Positions 12,849 through 35,634 of a DNA stretch of 64,000 bases are shown piece by piece. The notes below the pieces were generated by a model that was given only the letters and a program-made list of their open reading frames with translations, was not told where the DNA came from and made no database searches. The translations under genes and the position numbers were made by a program. The stretch comes from Hormiphora californensis (lineage: Eukaryota; Animalia; Ctenophora), in contig CM035358.1 of NCBI GenBank assembly GCA_020137815.1, forward strand, positions 7,006,001-7,070,000, read 5' to 3'. Position 1 is the first letter of the stretch. Each line of letters opens with the position of its first letter.

Positions 12849-13475
12849 AATGTCTGTCTGTGTGTTTGGTAGAGAGAGTGCTGTAATCGTTTAAACAGAG
12901 AGAACGTGGTGATTGTGCTGTTTGTGTTGTTACAATCCGTTACCATAGTTACCATGCTAAACATCGTTACCATAGTTACCATGCTAAACATCGTTACCAT
13001 AGTGATAACTTGACATAGTTACCATGATAATCCCTTTGACATATATGGTGCACGTAATATCATATGATCTCATGTATTTTATTTGACGAAAACAAGCCGT
13101 AAAGTTAATTTGATTATATATTGAAAATGTGGTCTGTTAATTGTTTCTGATTTGGTTCACAGCACGTGGTAGTTTAAAAAACAACGTCCTTTTTCTGACT
13201 CCAATATTGGGGGGTACATGGGTAGGTGGGTCATTGGTCAACTAGTGAGGAAGTGAGAGTGAAATGTATATGCTTTGTACATTGTAGTGTACTTTGTACA
13301 ATGTAGTGTACAAATTGTACATTGTAGTGTACAGATTGTACAGTACAATTGAGAAGTGTCTCGGGTCTTGATGCCAGCCTCAATGCTCATAATTTGGCTT
13401 TCTGAATCTTACTCTTTTTGATATTTCTTTTTTTTGTTGGCTTCTCTCTATCTTTCACACACGCACATACACACA

Positions 13476-13528
13476 CACTCTCTCTCTCTTTCTCTCTTTC
13501 TCTCTCTCTTCTTTTTTTTCTCTCTCTC

Positions 13529-13601
<73 letters not shown>
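13476..13601. repeat. (CT)n microsatellite
   Basis: Direct observation; similar tracts at ~19912-19966, 40135-40236, 40336-40450 and 58020-58195. Confidence 0.95.
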
Positions 13602-13605
<4 letters not shown>

Positions 13606-13844
13606 TTGATTCCTCATTGTTAGGCTCACGCATTTTTTACCCTCTTTAAATACTCATTTCCTCCGGTAGGCGGGAGTGATATAATTAGAGCTTGTTATTA
13701 CACTCTTTCTATTTTCTCTCACTTTATCAATCGATCTTCCTGCTACTATATTTCTCTCTCTCTCCCTCTCTCTTTCTCTCCCTCTCTCTCTTTCTCTCTC
13801 TCATTCTCTCTCTGGTTTGGTTTGGTTTGGTAGGATTACGGTAT

Positions 13845-14330
13845 GGCCACTAAGCAGCACGCTACTGTCGGCACCGTGTTATTATAATATTTATATGAAA
13901 GACCCAAAGGAGACGCAGGTGCTCAGTACCACCATATTGTCAACACTTCAGATATAAAGGGATTTTGAAAAGTGTAAGATTTCAGTTTGAGATGGGGAAG
14001 AGAGGCAGAACTATGGAAGGGATTTGGGCTGGTTCTAGATCCCTTCATCCTGGGGAGTAGGACGGGATGCCGACCAGTGATCACGATCACATCAGACAGA
14101 CAGTCTGAGTTGACCGACACGGATACGTGTGTAGGAAGTACGTGAAGCCTAAAAAAGTATAAATCTAGCGAGACTCTGTCCTTCGCACAGTGTCAAGATT
14201 TAAACATGCAGGGGATGCGATAGAAAGGGTAATAAGAGCACGTCCCGAGGGACTAAAAATCGGTCATAGTGTCTGTCGTCGACGGGGTCAGTTCTCACTC
14301 AGCTCCTCAAGCACTCGTTCTCGGTTTGTC
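13845..14330 (-). mobile_element. Possible degraded 3' end of a non-LTR retrotransposon
   Basis: Broken minus-strand peptides loosely resemble the CR1/L2 ORF2 C-terminus next to a (CCAAA)n-like tail; no RT core motif seen. Confidence 0.25.
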
Positions 14331-16132
14331 GATTGTCATGAATTGTGAAATGTCCTAGAGCCAGCCCAACCATCAATGGGTGAACTAGGAGATACCAAAA
14401 CCACTATGGGCTATTATACCACGAATCAATCGATAAGCCAGAACCTGACTCCATAATGAGATGCCCGCGTGAAACCCTGCCGGTGGAAATAATGTCTGTG
14501 GAGATGGTTGGAGAGGATGAATGAGACAGGGGTGCAATCCGGCTTGCTCCCATCGTCTTTGTCTAATAGACAATATCTATTCGACAGAATGACGACAGCG
14601 AGAGTGCAAGGCTAGTGATAGATAGGGATAGAGCGATATAGATCGAGAGGACGAGAGAGATCTAGAGATATATATATATAGATGAGGTAGTGTAGATAGG
14701 AGAGCGAGTGCGATATATAATCTCTATAGATCTATAGCTCAGAGAGAGAGTTTAACCTTTGATTACCTTTGACAAGGTTTAGCTGAAAGTAGCTTTGTAA
14801 TCCACTTTATAATGGACCCGTTGGAATGTTCCTGGCTGGTCTAATAGAATACAACATAACACTATAGCAAAACACAGAAGGCAATTTAATAAAAAATAAA
14901 AGAAAAATTTAAAATGAATCCCCTCTCAGTAATACACTGTGTCCCCGGGGAGACCTCCACCACCCGCCTTTTTGATCCTAAACGATTCCCAGGGCTCCGC
15001 TCCTTCTCCTCTTTCAACTTTTTCATGGCCCCCCGCTCTCTCTTCAAAAAGTAAGGTCGGGAGAGATTAAACTGGGAAAAAAACCTTCACTTCTCAAAAT
15101 CGTTCTTCTTACCAAGAAACACGACTGCTCTCTTACTTGTCAGGGTTTAAACTTCAGGGGTCTAGTTGCCCGCTGAAAAATCTCCCCAACCGGAGACGTT
15201 TCACAAGAGGTTTTCCGCGAGTGTTGTCCACAGCTCCGGGAAAAAGTTTCCTCGCGTCTCCAGGACTGTCAGTCAGCCCCTGGATAATATTACAACCTTC
15301 CTCGTTGCTGCAGCAAAAGCCTTTTTGGATCCCAATAGAGCCAAGGGTGTCTCGCATTTTCTCTTTAAAGCAATGAGAACCCATGAATCTCCTCTTTGCA
15401 GTAATCTGACCCCTGTTACACTTTTCCTTCTTTCTCCAAGAGCTGCTCCTGCAGTTTAAGTAACTGTCCGGGGACCAATGTGCCTTCGGGCGGAGATAAA
15501 TCCTCCTGAGCTCTATGAGCTTCTTTTCTATCTCCTCCTTCCTACTTCATTAACTGGGTCCCCATTTCGGGAAAACCTCTAACCAACAACTTGCCCTCAT
15601 CTCCACCCCGATAAATCATTTTTATCCACCTTTCTAATTTGTATTAGAGGGGCAGATAAAGGTCCCATAACTTCCCGCCCATTATACTTGGCACTAAACA
15701 CGCCCCTGGGGGGACCCTGCTCCAGCCATCGAAATGTTTCCCCTATCATCTCCCAGTTTCACATGTACAAAATTTTTCCCCTCGATCACTAATTTTTGTT
15801 GCCCCCTAACCAAAAACTTAGGGCCAAATCATAACGGGAAAAATGACCTTACAACTATAAAAAAGAGAGAGAGAGAGACCCAAAGAGAGAGAGAGAGAGG
15901 AGAGAGATTAAAGGGGGAAGAGGGGGAGAGAGAGAGAGAAGGGGGGGGGGGAAAAAAAAAAAGGGGGGGGTTTTTTCCCCTTTTTCCTTTGACAGGTTTG
16001 TGAAGAGTTTGGAATCCACTTTAATTTGGGCCCCTTGGAAGTTCCCCTGGTCTAATAGTTAAAAACAGAACAATATAAAAAAACCCAAAAAAAAAAGAAA
16101 AAAAAGGAATTAAAAGAAAATAAAATGAAAAA

Positions 16133-16232
16133 NNNNNNNNNNNNNNNNNNNNNNNNNNNNNNNNNNNNNNNNNNNNNNNNNNNNNNNNNNNNNNNNNNNN
16201 NNNNNNNNNNNNNNNNNNNNNNNNNNNNNNNN
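16133..16232. other. Assembly gap (100 N) flanked by low-quality sequence
   Basis: Run of N; homopolymer-rich noisy flanks from about 14600 to 18400. Confidence 0.99.
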
Positions 16233-18721
16233 TTGTATGTCCCCTTTTAAACTCAGCTTAGCTGCAAACCATTTAAAGGGGTTTCTCTCCTCTTTCTTCT
16301 TTCACTTCTTCCTACTTTTTCTCTCCCTTATTTTCCCACTTCAATTTTTACCCTTTTCCCCTTTCCCACAATACCTCTCTTCCTCATCTTATCTAGGCAG
16401 ATCTCTATAACTCTCTAGACATCCCTCATCTAGGCTTCTTTTGAATTTGCCCAAAATGTATATTCAACTCATAGCAGAACTCATTCATGGGTTTTTGGGG
16501 CACGACATTCCCGTATGGGGATTGTGTTGAAGAACGGATTGCTATCATAAAACTGGAGTCTCCCCCAAAAACCACAAACTACACGTACCTTTGTTAATGT
16601 GAAAATTAAAACCAAAATAGAATGATCAAAAAAACCAAAAGTACCTTTTGGGTGGGATATCAATGAAAAAAAATGGAGGGGAGCCTATTGAGAAAAGATG
16701 CGGAAGTGACTTGAGTACAATTGTTAACAAAAACAAAAGTCAAAATGTATACATGGTTTAATACAATGTACATTTTCTGTTCATTTCTAATTTCGTTGTT
16801 TTTTTTTTTAAAAAAAAACCCAAAAAAATTTTTCCCAAAACTTTTTTCCCCCCTTTTTTGGGGGAACCCACCCCCCCCCCCTAAAAATTCCCCCCATGAA
16901 AATTTTCTAACCTTTGGGGGTTTCTTATTAATTTCCTTTAAAAGGTCCTGCGTTCCGGGGCTCGGAAAAGACCGGGTTATTTTTAACACCTTGGTTTGGG
17001 GGCCAAACCCTTTGACTTTTAAAAACCATGGCCTTACCAAAAAAAGTTGGCCGCGGGCCTAAAATTTAATGGAGGGGGCGCCCCCAATCATTCCCGGGTT
17101 TTGTGCCCTTTCTGTCACGGAACCCGTCACCCCTGTGGGGGGCGCCCCCCTCAGTGGCCCCCCTTCTCGGGCGGAGAGAGGCCCAAAAGGGGTTTTTGCT
17201 GATTACAAACTTTCAAAATCCTTCGGTTCCACGATGGCTTAAATTTTTTAAAAGATTTGAAAATTTTCCCGAATAAACAAGTTCTTTTAAAACCTAGGAA
17301 AAAATTTTTTTGAGGGGGGCTTTAAAAAACCGCAAAAACTTCCTGAGCGTTTTTCATTATTTTTGGTAATACCTGTGAGATGCGCGCACTAAGTATGGCG
17401 CGCTCTCACAGTTTGGTCGCCGCGCCCTACAACTTCGTGTCATTATCTCTCTGTCACGTCAGCATAGGCGAGGGCAAGGGGACGGAAGGGCCCCCACAAG
17501 CGGGGTTCAAGAGAGAGGAACGACCCGGAAATCTTCTTTTCATTAAGGTCATACACACGGCCGATTGTCCGAGGAGCTAATTATTCCATATTTGGAGAAT
17601 AAAGGTCGGGGGTAGGCTTGAATGCTGAAGACAACATCTTGTGAGGACACTGTTTCGCAATAGCGCAATTTTCAAATACCTTCTTTTTTTGTAAAAGAAG
17701 AGGAAAAGCAAAAGAAAAGAAGAGAAAAAAGGAGAGAGTTAAGAGAGAAAAAGAGAGAGAAAAGAGAGAGAGAGAGAGAAGAGAAGGAAAAGAGAGGAGA
17801 AAAAGAGGGAAGAGGAGAGAAAGGAAGAAAAAAAAAAAAAAAGGGGGGGGGGGGGGGGGGAGGGAGGGGGGGGGGGGAAAGAAAAAATTTTTTAAAAAAG
17901 GGGGGGGGGGGAGAGAGAAGAGGGGGGGAGGGGAGGGGTCCTAACGGGGTAAGCAAAACACCAAACAAACACAGGGTTTTAAAAAAATACCCCCAAAAAA
18001 CCAATACCCCAATGTAAAACAGAAGAAAAACAAAGAAGGAAAAAGTGGGAAAAAGACCCCCTTTCGGAGAAAGGGAAAGGAGGGAAAAAAAAAGGAAAGG
18101 AGAGAAAAAAGAAAATATTTCCCCGGAGTTTTTTAAGTAAATGGTAAACATTCATTAAACCCAAAAAACTAAAACAACACCCAAAACATTTCTAATACAC
18201 GGGAAAAAGTGTCAAATCAAAACGGGAGAAAATTTCCAAAAAAAAGATAAACTAAAATAAATTGAGGTTTGTAGTTGAAAAAAACTAACACCAAAAAAAA
18301 AACCTACTTTGTTTATTTAATTTAAACCAAAAATAAATTTATATATGGGTATTTTGGGTAAAATAGGTAATAATTTCATCATAGCTTTTTAAAGGGTTTT
18401 TTCTCTCATATTATTTTCACATAATTTGGTCTCGGATAGTTGATAATAGTCAATAAGAATAATAACCCCCCTGAATGCATGTGTGTATGTGTGGTACCAT
18501 CTTAGTACAATGTACATTAGTGCATGTTGCTTGTACAATGTACATACACAGCAGAACACCTAGTGGCACATGTATTGGTAACACATTGACACCCATTATG
18601 ACATGTGTAATGTATTGGTAACACATTGACACCCATTATATGACATGTGAAATGTATTGGTACTACTTTTCCACAACACATGTGCGTGTGTTCTAATAAA
18701 ATCTCTCTTTCTCTCTTCCTT

Positions 18722-27065
<8,344 letters not shown>

Positions 27066-28758
27066 AATTTACTGGTCTATAAATAGTTAGAAATATTAGG
27101 CACAGTGCTGCGAGGGGCCAGTTTGCTTTTTGAGTATTTTAGTCAAAAAACTAACTTTTGATATTTGGTTCAGCTCGAAGACCCGGACCAGATGGACTAT
27201 TCAAAAGGCGCCTTTGCCCACACCTTCCTGGAGAAAAATGAGGTTAACTTTTTGCCCAAAACTGGTGTTAACCTCAATAAATCATAGACTGCAAGTCATA
27301 AGACCATGAAGCCGGTTCTAATAGTTAAATCTCGCCAGGGGTATAGTTTGTATGTAATTTGACAATCCTAAACCAAGCCATTGGCAAAATTTTAGAGGTT
27401 AACATTATTTCCGAAAAGTTACATTAATTAGGATAGTTACAATTAGTTAATCACACAATATTCACTAGGGGGATAAGTATTTTCGTTGCTCTTTCAAAAT
27501 TATTTACCACCTTCTCGAATAAAGAGGGGGCTCATTCACATTACATAACTAAATACTGAAAAATAGTGATAATTTAGCACAATGTCAGAATGACACCATT
27601 TAGCGGTCCATCATTTAGGTCCTTCTGGTGATCTATCGATAGGTGTTAACTCCCACTTGTTCGACCCTCTTTCTGTGCCCCGAAAGGAGGGTTAGAACCG
27701 GCCGGGCCAAGTAAATAGCTCTTAGTAGCATTCTGACTTGATTTGATCAGTGGAACTACAAATATATTCATTTTGTTCTGGAGGCAGCTACAGGGGTGGC
27801 GGAATCCGGGGAAGGGGGCCGGGGGAAGGGGCTCAGCCCGTTTGATATTTAGGCAGGGAGTATAGAATAATTGCACTGGAAAATCGTAAAAAGGTCAGCT
27901 CTCCCTCCTCTGTATGGCGGCGCCATACCCCATATGATTCTCAGTGCGCTCAGATGGGTCGCGGCGCCAGACAGTCCCTCCTGGAGAAAAATTATTCCGC
28001 CGCCCTCCACGAAGAGCCCTAGCCCTGCTGCCTGAAGACCAACTTGTTAATTTACACATTATGTATAATGGGTTATGTTTTTGGTATCTTTTGATGAGGT
28101 CATTTATTTGCTGTTAATTGTAGCCCATAATTATTGTACAATACATACCTCGTATTATTATAGGGGTAGATCGCCTCAGAGATGAACATTTATTCCACGA
28201 AGCCGAATTGGATACTTGAAATTTCATGGAACCATGCGATAAAGGCCCTTCGATCGAAGATTTTTTTCAATCTCCCAAGTCCGAGTTCAATCTCATTTTG
28301 TTGTACTGAAATACAGTAGTACTATTGGACTGCTTGAAAGTTATTTTACCCTTTCTCTCGTGTGCGAAACTAATTGTAAGCCCCGTGGGTGGTAAGATCG
28401 AATAACTTTTTCAATACTCTGGAAAGCGTGCCCCTGTAGCTCTGTAGAGGGGGAAAGGGAGATAGAGAGGGGGAGATCGGGAGTGAAAGATAGAGAAAGA
28501 AATAGGATAGAGAGGGGGAGTGAGAGAAATAGAAAGAAATATGCGAGAGGGAGAGAGAGAGGGATTATAGAGAGAAAGAGAGAGGGAGTGAGAAAGGAAT
28601 ATGATAGACAGAGAGGGAGATAGAGAGAGATAGTGAGAAAGGTGTTACCAATCTAATATTGGGTATATGTTGTAAAATTTGATTGGTGCAACTACTGGAA
28701 CGCAGTACTATCGGCACGGCGGGGGGCACGTATATAAAACACGACCCGAACCCTGAGC

Positions 28759-29121
28759 CCCAGTGGCTTTTTATAGCGAATGGGCGAATCCCATTCGCAG
28801 CGAGAAATTTGACTGACAGCAGAAAAATAGAGAGAAAAATCCCTGTTTTGCTTGCTAATGCTGCTCTCACACCTCATTTATAGTGCTCTTATGTGATCGT
28901 TACATGTTTAGAGAGCCACAATTGCTAGAAACGGGCGCGGATTTCGATTAGAGATCCCAATTGTTAGTAGTTATTCCCGCCGCGCCAGCGGAATTACAGC
29001 GGAATGGGAGAAGAACGAGAGCAGAACGACTGCTGCCACAGCAGCAGCGACAGCGGAATGGGATCTAATCAGGTTCTGTGACATGCGATTCGCAGCGAGA
29101 TTTTTCTAAAAAGCCACTGGG
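28759..29121. mobile_element. MITE with 8-bp TSD upstream of the SOD gene
   Basis: TIRs CCCAGTGGCTTTTTA / TAAAAAGCCACTGGG; TSD CCCTGAGC (28751-28758, 29122-29129). Confidence 0.85.
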
Positions 29122-29394
29122 CCCTGAGCAGTATTGAGGGCGTGGTGTATTTCTCTGGATTCATTCTCGCGGGCCACTCTCCAGAGTCGCAGGTTGGAGA
29201 ATTCTAGAGCTGAAATGTTGCTTTTAGGGACATTATATCAGGGGGTATACAAAATTGCATAATCCCGATCAGATAATTTGTGTTGTAGTTAATTATCAGG
29301 GACTAAAAACCTCAAATATCAATTCCATCCGCAACAACCCCGCCCATCCCTGCTGTATTGGTATTTTGTTACTAAAGTTTGCCTTTTAGGGATC

Positions 29395-31052
29395 ATGTTG
29401 GTATTTTATCTGCTGCTTGTTGTATGCACGTCCCTTGTCAGTCCAGCATCCGATGACCTCAAATGTGTGATGCGACTCAGTGGCACCAACACAGAAATAG
29501 GTGGGTTACACAGAAATAGGTGGGTTACACAGAAATAGGTGGGCCACTGTATTCAAGAAGGCTCTCAGAACTGTTTCTTGATTACAACACCCTTTGCATG
29601 CACTCAATTGTTACGAGTGCGTGATTTTCTAAGGTCCTTCATTATAAAGTGAAGTAATGTGTTGATGTTGTCGACACACAGTGCACACTGCAGTAGCGCA
29701 CATCACTAATAGTACCCCCTGCACACACCGGGGGGTTTGTTTGTTTTTGTCTGCACTCTGCATGCAGAAGGAACGACACGCCGTGTGCACTCACATTATA
29801 AACACATAGCTCATGTGTGCATCGTAGAATGAACCAATTTCAAATTCATTTCAGGGCGAAGATAGAAGAAAACTACAAAACAAAAGACGTTTTTAGAGAA
29901 ACTAAAAACTAAATCCAACTCATTTCAGGGCGAAGAAGACTAAATCCAACTCATTTCAGGGCGAAGAAGACTAAATCCAACTCATTTCAGGGCGAAGAAA
30001 ACTAAATCCAACTTATTTCAGGGCGTATAGAACACTAAATCCAACTCATTTCAGGGCGAAGAAGACTAAATCCACCTCATTTCAGGGCGAAGAAGACTAA
30101 ATCCACCTCATTTCAGGGCGAAGAAGACTAAATCCAACTCATTTCAGGGAGTATAGAAGACTAAATCCAACTAATTTCAGGAAGTATAGTCATCTCATCG
30201 ATCAAGAGGCGGAGTTTCAAGGTCAGTCTGCAATCTGATGCCATTGTGGATGGTAAACATGGACTTCACATTCACCAATATGGAGTGGGAGATGGATGTA
30301 AGTAGTGTGATCAAATACCCTAGTTTTTACTAGTCTTACGTTTAAAAAGACGGTGCTCACTATTTGAAGAAATGATAATAGGGTCAAGCTCTGACAGCCT
30401 GTTTTTCAGTCAATTGCGGTACAACAGGGGGACACTTTAACCCACTGGGCAGTAAACATGGCAAGTTGAATAGCGAGGATTCTCACATTGGGGATCTCGG
30501 CAATGTGGACGCTATCAATGGTAAAACATCAGATATAATAGAAATGGTAACAAATCAAAATGTAGATAATTGTATAGTAGACGATAGTAAAACCCAAACT
30601 AAAAAGGCCCTCACATGGGTTTTGTGATGTTTTCCACGGTCAATGCTCTACCCCCTGATAAGATTTGTAGACGATAGCCACGTGCAGTGTACCCTTAGTT
30701 CTTAGTGGCTAGTTTGAGAAGCTTGATTCTATACATACCTCAGCCAGACCAATTCGCAAGCATCAATCAACAATCTCCACCCTTCTAGGAACAATCGAGG
30801 ACAAGATCTGGGCTACCCATTTCCCGTACCAAATCTTAACCTCCAATACACCATCCACTAGGAACAATCGAGGACAAGATCTGGGCTACCCGTACCAAGT
30901 GGACAGGAAAGAGGGGTATAGTTGGGCGATCCTTGGTTCTACACGCGGGTGAAGATGATCTGGGAGAAGGTGGCGATATCGGGAGTGAAAAGACGGGGAA
31001 TGCAGGTGGAAGGGTGGCTTGCTGCAGTATTGTCTATGCTTCTGAGGCATAA
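29395..31052 (+). CDS. Secreted Cu/Zn superoxide dismutase (SOD3-like); exons 29395-29500, 30181-30297, 30410-30520 and 30862-31052
   Basis: Signal peptide [19 protein letters not shown]; motifs [49 protein letters not shown] and [11 protein letters not shown]; all Cu/Zn ligands and the catalytic Arg present; intron phases consistent. Confidence 0.95.
29845..30180. repeat. ~30-bp tandem repeat (actaaatccaactcatttcagggcgaagaag), about 10 copies, ending at the SOD exon 2 acceptor
   Basis: Direct observation; every unit contains tttcag|G. Confidence 0.93.
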
Positions 31053-32924
31053 CTCTTATCAGTGCGATGTGATCCCGTGTGATGTAATCACAGTGTGATG
31101 TGATCAATGATTAGCACTGTGTGATGTGATCCGGGTGATTTGATGTGATGTGATCGGTGATTAGCATTGTGTGAAAACTGGACTAGTGTGAATTTGCTGG
31201 GTGTGAACTGCAGAGCGTGGCGTGTGTGTGCGTAAGCTGGAGAGTAATTAATTTAACTTGTTTATTTACTGAGAAAAAGTTTTTTGTTTAGTGTTTTGAA
31301 TTTTAGTGCAGACAATACTGAAGTTTTGATAGTCCTTTAAATGGCCACGGCCTGTTGAAAACTGTTCACATTGCAATTTACATACCACTGAATGGAAACT
31401 GCAAGAGTTGCACAATTCAGTGTTCGTGTGCGGCCAACTGGTGCTCAATCTAAGCCTCTAAAATCTCGCTATACTTTTCCTCTCTCCTACCTACAACCGA
31501 TTTGCTTTGCTGAATGTTGGACAGTTCCATCAAGCTGTGGTCATCACTATCTTTTGGGTTTTTTTGTCCAGTTTCCGGATTTTCTCTCGAGGGGTACATG
31601 TGCATGGGAATTGGGAATACTGCAGTGGCACATCCCCCCTCAACCCCCACCGGGGTCGTAGGACTTGTAGCCCTTGGACTCTACTGAGAGTTTCACATGG
31701 GGAGCTGGAGTCGCCCCTCGCCCTGGACACCCAGGGACTTGAGGATGTGCTTTTTGATATCTGAGACTCTCAGATATAAGGGCCTACCGTGCACTGCACC
31801 TCCGGGGACGTCTCCACTCTCCCAGGGACGTCCCAGCTGGGGGATTGTAATAGATAAACCACCAGAGACGAAATCTACTGCCAGAAAAGTGACTCAGTGA
31901 CAATTCTGACACACTTTTTGTTGGTGCATGACTTTCCGAGCGGTGCATCTATTATAATCACGGATCCCCCACCTCATACGTCTCCGGGATGTCTCCAGAT
32001 CCACGACTGGTAACAGAGTTAGAAAAAAGTTGGCAAGAAAAAAAAACGAGGGAAAATTGAGAACACGTTTTTATTTTGAAAAACGGAATTTTTCTACGCG
32101 CGTTTGTCACGCGCAAATGTTAAGCCGCGCAACTAAACTTTCAAAAACGATCGCAGCCAGACAAAGTTAAGCGCATTAAGTATTTCACAATTCTCCATTT
32201 CTCCGTACGCCATCCCGCTGAAAATTCAGAAAAGAGAAACAAAATTCCTGAACCAATGCTAGTTATGACTATGAGAGTTCAAGCCAGAAGTTTGCCCAAA
32301 TTATACCACAGCCATCACCCCAAACTATTCGCCTTAGAAAATTGAAAAACATTTGTTTCTGGTTCGGTGAAAGGTAAAAACTTGATCAATTATCAGACAC
32401 AGTACTAACAGACAGACTAATTCACAGACACACACACTGACAAACAGATAGAAGTTAGACTTCACAACCGGCAAACTAAATTACAGACGGACAGATTAAC
32501 TGCCAGACAAGTGTGGCAAATTAATCTATTCTCATGTGAATGTTAAACTCATTACACAAGCACAATCGAACACACACTGACACAATAAGAAAAGGAAAAA
32601 AGTGAGAGAAACTACAATTGGAATTCCATTCTCTCTCTGCAAATCTCAATCGGCCACAGTGAATCTACCGTTTGTACACTGGTCCCACCTCATATTATAT
32701 ATATTCCCGTTCCTCATATATACTGATAAAAACTCTCACATCATCATATCATAGCTGTATATCAGTCCGACCGATCCCATGAAATAGCTGGCCCTGATTT
32801 ACTAAATATCAGGGTCCTATTTCATTTAGCAGATCCCAATAATAATATACCCACCAGAGCTACAAGACACTGATCTTCAACAGTCAACATATATACTATC
32901 TCGGATTTAAATAAAACACACAGA

Positions 32925-35634
32925 TCAATCCAACTGAATCCACTTCTGACTGCATGGTTTGGGTAGTGATCCGTTGAAGGATGAGTCTCTCCAATTGCTT
33001 TTGTCGTGGTCACTAAAATGGTGATGTTTCCCTGGCTCCCCACAACCCTCACAGATAACCTCCAGGTGACCCTCCTGTTGTTGAGAGATAGGGAGGTTAG
33101 AGAAGAGGTTAGAGAAGAGGTTATAGAAGAGGTTAGAGATATAGATCTGCCCTAGCGAGAAGGTAGATTATGTTACCATGGTAACCCCTAGTTACCTACA
33201 GTGTTATCATGGTTACCACATGCAGTATTACCTTTGGATCGTTGTTAACATTGTTGATTATCTCCTCCGAATCGTCACTATAGAACTCAGGATCACTCCT
33301 CACACTCCTGTGACTACCACTCCTGCTGATGCTACCTCTACAACTCCACCACGCCTCGCTGACATCTGACCTGCAATGTTACCATGGTTACCACTAGTTA
33401 CCTACACTGACATCTGACCTGCAATGTTACCATGGTTACCATTGGTAATGAAATTACCCCTCTGTTATGGCTCAATATGCAATAAAAGGGGTGACTTCGT
33501 AACCAAGGTTACCCCTAGTTACCTACACTAACATCTGATCTGCAGTGATGGGCGTGTAGAAGAGGAAAAAATAAATGAGAATAGGGCCAGGCCAATGCTC
33601 TGACAGTAAGGTCCCGAAAAGGTCCCATGCTCTGAATCATACCTAAGATCGGCGGCTGATGTCAGATTACTCCTTCTTCCATTACTCATCCCATCATCAC
33701 TGACGTCACTAGGCACCAGACCCACCGACATACTAAAGGATCTCTTACTGGTCCTGATTCTATTGGATGTCAGGTAGAAGTCATCACTCCTGAATATCTC
33801 ACTGGTGCTCTTAGAGCGCTGATTTAGGTTTGTTGTTGATCGTTTGTCCATAGAGGAGTAGCTGAGTGGTTCGAAACCTAAACCTAGTGTGAGAGAGAGA
33901 GAGGTGATGAGAGATGACTAAATATGAACTCAGAGATAAGTTTATAGTTGCTACGTTGGCATGGTAACCAGGCGAAATGGTTGGAACTCTGAGGAACTAG
34001 CAAACAATATATCTTAGCAAAAAGTTATGTTCTAACCCTACTTTACGTAAGGGAAGAGGGTCGAGCAAGGCAAGCAATAAGTAATATATGTTCAACTAAA
34101 AAATCGTGTAATACCATTAAGAGAGTTCTCCGATCTTCTCGAACCGGGACTTCCATCAATGCTGTCATATCCTACGGGGGTACCTAACTTCTTGAAGCAG
34201 GTCCCGAAACAGGACCTAAACGTCGCAGCGAACATCCATCGACAGCATCCTGGAAGAGGGGGGAGGATGGAGTATGGTTAGGGGGTTGGTGGGGTGGTTA
34301 GTAGCAACCTGGAAGAGGGGGGGGATGGAGCATGGTCAGCACTGTACAAGTAAAAAATACGGCAGCTGCTGGGAAAAAGTTAAGAGGAATTGACTCTAGA
34401 GGGTTTGCTAGGGATAGCACACTCGGGTGTAGCAAGGAGAAGGGAGGAATTGATTAGAGAGAAGTAAGGGTCTAACTAGGATTAGCATTTAGCACATGGC
34501 TTGTAGCTTTTGATGAGAGACAGAATCATGGACTATGAAGACGTTATTATAGTAGGGTGAGGTAGACACTAGAAACTCAACACTGTGAGAATAGATCGAG
34601 CTATAACGCAGAGAGCAGTGGAATACGAACGTAATGAAAAAATAGGATTGAAAATCTATCAAGAGGACGGAGGATTAAAGTTACAACGATTCGGAGAAAA
34701 AAGGGCTATCCCGTGATAAATCTATTCCCCGAATCCCCCCATTGTTTTCCCCGAATTTGAGGCTACGACCGGTAACATAAGATCCAAAAAGAGAGTCATA
34801 GAGAATACAAAATCATTTGAGGTGTTCATGTTGTTAAAATCAAACATCACAGTCATTGGGTACGATGGAGGAGAGAAAAGAGGGGATATCTTGTTCTAAC
34901 CCTCCCTTTACATTTGTAAAGGAACGGGGGCGCCCGAAACACAGTCTAACCAGGCAAGGGATATCATACCCAAAACATCACACTATAATAGAACCACTAG
35001 GTAGCATGTTTGTAACTTGAGAGAATGAGAAGAGAAGAAGATAGAGATAAGAGAGGAATTACGGAAACAAGTCAGAGATAACACGTGAATAATTATACGT
35101 AATACATATATGTATGTAATATGTAGTACTATATCACATGCAATGTTGGACATCTAAAATGTAGCTACATTTTAGATTTAGGTTTTGTGAAATTAAACAT
35201 GATTTTAGCCGCTTTGTGAGTAACAATTGAGTGTTGAGCTTAGTAATCTAATTCTGATTTCATGCACTTTCAGTACCAAGAAACACAAGGGCCTTGAACA
35301 TCGATAGAATACTGATACAAGTTTTGTGAGACCTGGGTTTGAGGAACATTTGAGACAAGTCGATGCAACATGCTCTGTGATACTACTGTATAACACATGA
35401 CTGTTGGTAAGGTGTCCGTGAGGGGCATGCTCTGTCTAATACTACATGACTGTCATGTCAGCCCTGTTCAGTCTTGATTGTGAGACAATTAGGTGTCCGT
35501 GTGGGGCATGCTCTGTCATACTACATCAACATGACTGCAATGTCGAAGAGTGAGGTGTCCGTGTGGGGCATGCTCGACTCACCTGCTGTTTCCTTATCAT
35601 CACACTCACTATCAAGCGACTCCTTATCGCCCAT
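32925..35634 (-). CDS. Uncharacterised Ser/Arg-rich protein, multi-exon (~35583-35634, ~34115-34249, ~33600-33880, ~33232-33370, 32925-33075); 5' end uncertain
   Basis: Open exons with canonical splice sites: MGDKESLDSECDDKETA / GCCRWMFAATFRSCFGTCFKKLGTPVGYDSIDG / FEPLSYSSMDKRS... / SDVSEAWWSCRGS... / EGHLEVICEGCGEPGKHHH...WIQLD*. No recognised family. Confidence 0.55.
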
